The notes beneath the pieces were generated by a model. It worked only from the letters and a program-made list of their open reading frames with translations. It was not told the DNA's origin and made no database searches. The translations under genes were made by a program, and so were the position numbers. From Candidatus Undinarchaeales archaeon (GTDB lineage: Archaea; Undinarchaeota; Undinarchaeia; Undinarchaeales; JALTGF01), in NCBI GenBank assembly GCA_046483005.1, contig JAWOEA010000008.1:1-54917 (forward strand): a DNA stretch of 54,917 bases, written 5' to 3'. Positions 54,902 through 54,917 of this stretch are shown in pieces. Positions within the stretch are counted from its first letter, which is position 1. Every line of letters begins with the position of its first letter.

Positions 54902-54917
54902 AGTTCCATTCTTTCGG

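Overview
AT-rich archaeal chromosomal segment, densely coding. Intergenic regions have TATA-box promoters, and the genes include exosome, proteasome, RNase P protein, aCPSF1, RNase J, SepF, r-protein L15e/L37Ae and RpoP genes. I cannot assign the lineage from sequence alone. The giant surface protein, the many charged low-complexity tails and the compact operons suggest an uncultivated small-genome (DPANN-like) archaeon. Main blocks: (1) gltX, RNase J, MEMO, rps2 and eno. (2) csp, psmB and aCPSF1. (3) The classical archaeal exosome/proteasome 'superoperon' on the minus strand (prefoldin-beta, Pcc1, RpoP, L37Ae, Rrp42, Rrp41, Rrp4, SBDS, PsmA, Pop5, Rpp30, L15e). (4) An 8.3-kb gene for a 2757-aa surface protein. 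(5) A nearly contiguous gene cluster for the lower 'archaeal-type' mevalonate pathway (UbiX, UbiD-like decarboxylase, AcnX large and small subunits, two mevalonate-kinase paralogs, IPK, IDI-2) plus DGGGP synthase. (6) Housekeeping genes (hisS with tRNA-His, trxB, gdhA, tmk, tRNA-Pro, Lrp/AsnC). The most unusual signal is two homologous 67/77-bp two-hairpin inserts. Each is flanked by a perfect 39-40-bp direct duplication of the first 13 codons plus position -1 of the gene it precedes (RNase J and RNase P subunit Pop5). Each creates a decoy leader ORF that stops at or 2 nt before the authentic ATG. I also call a box C/D sRNA, a structured GC-rich leader in front of rpl15e, two tRNAs and three conserved genes under 60 aa that are missing from the ORF track.
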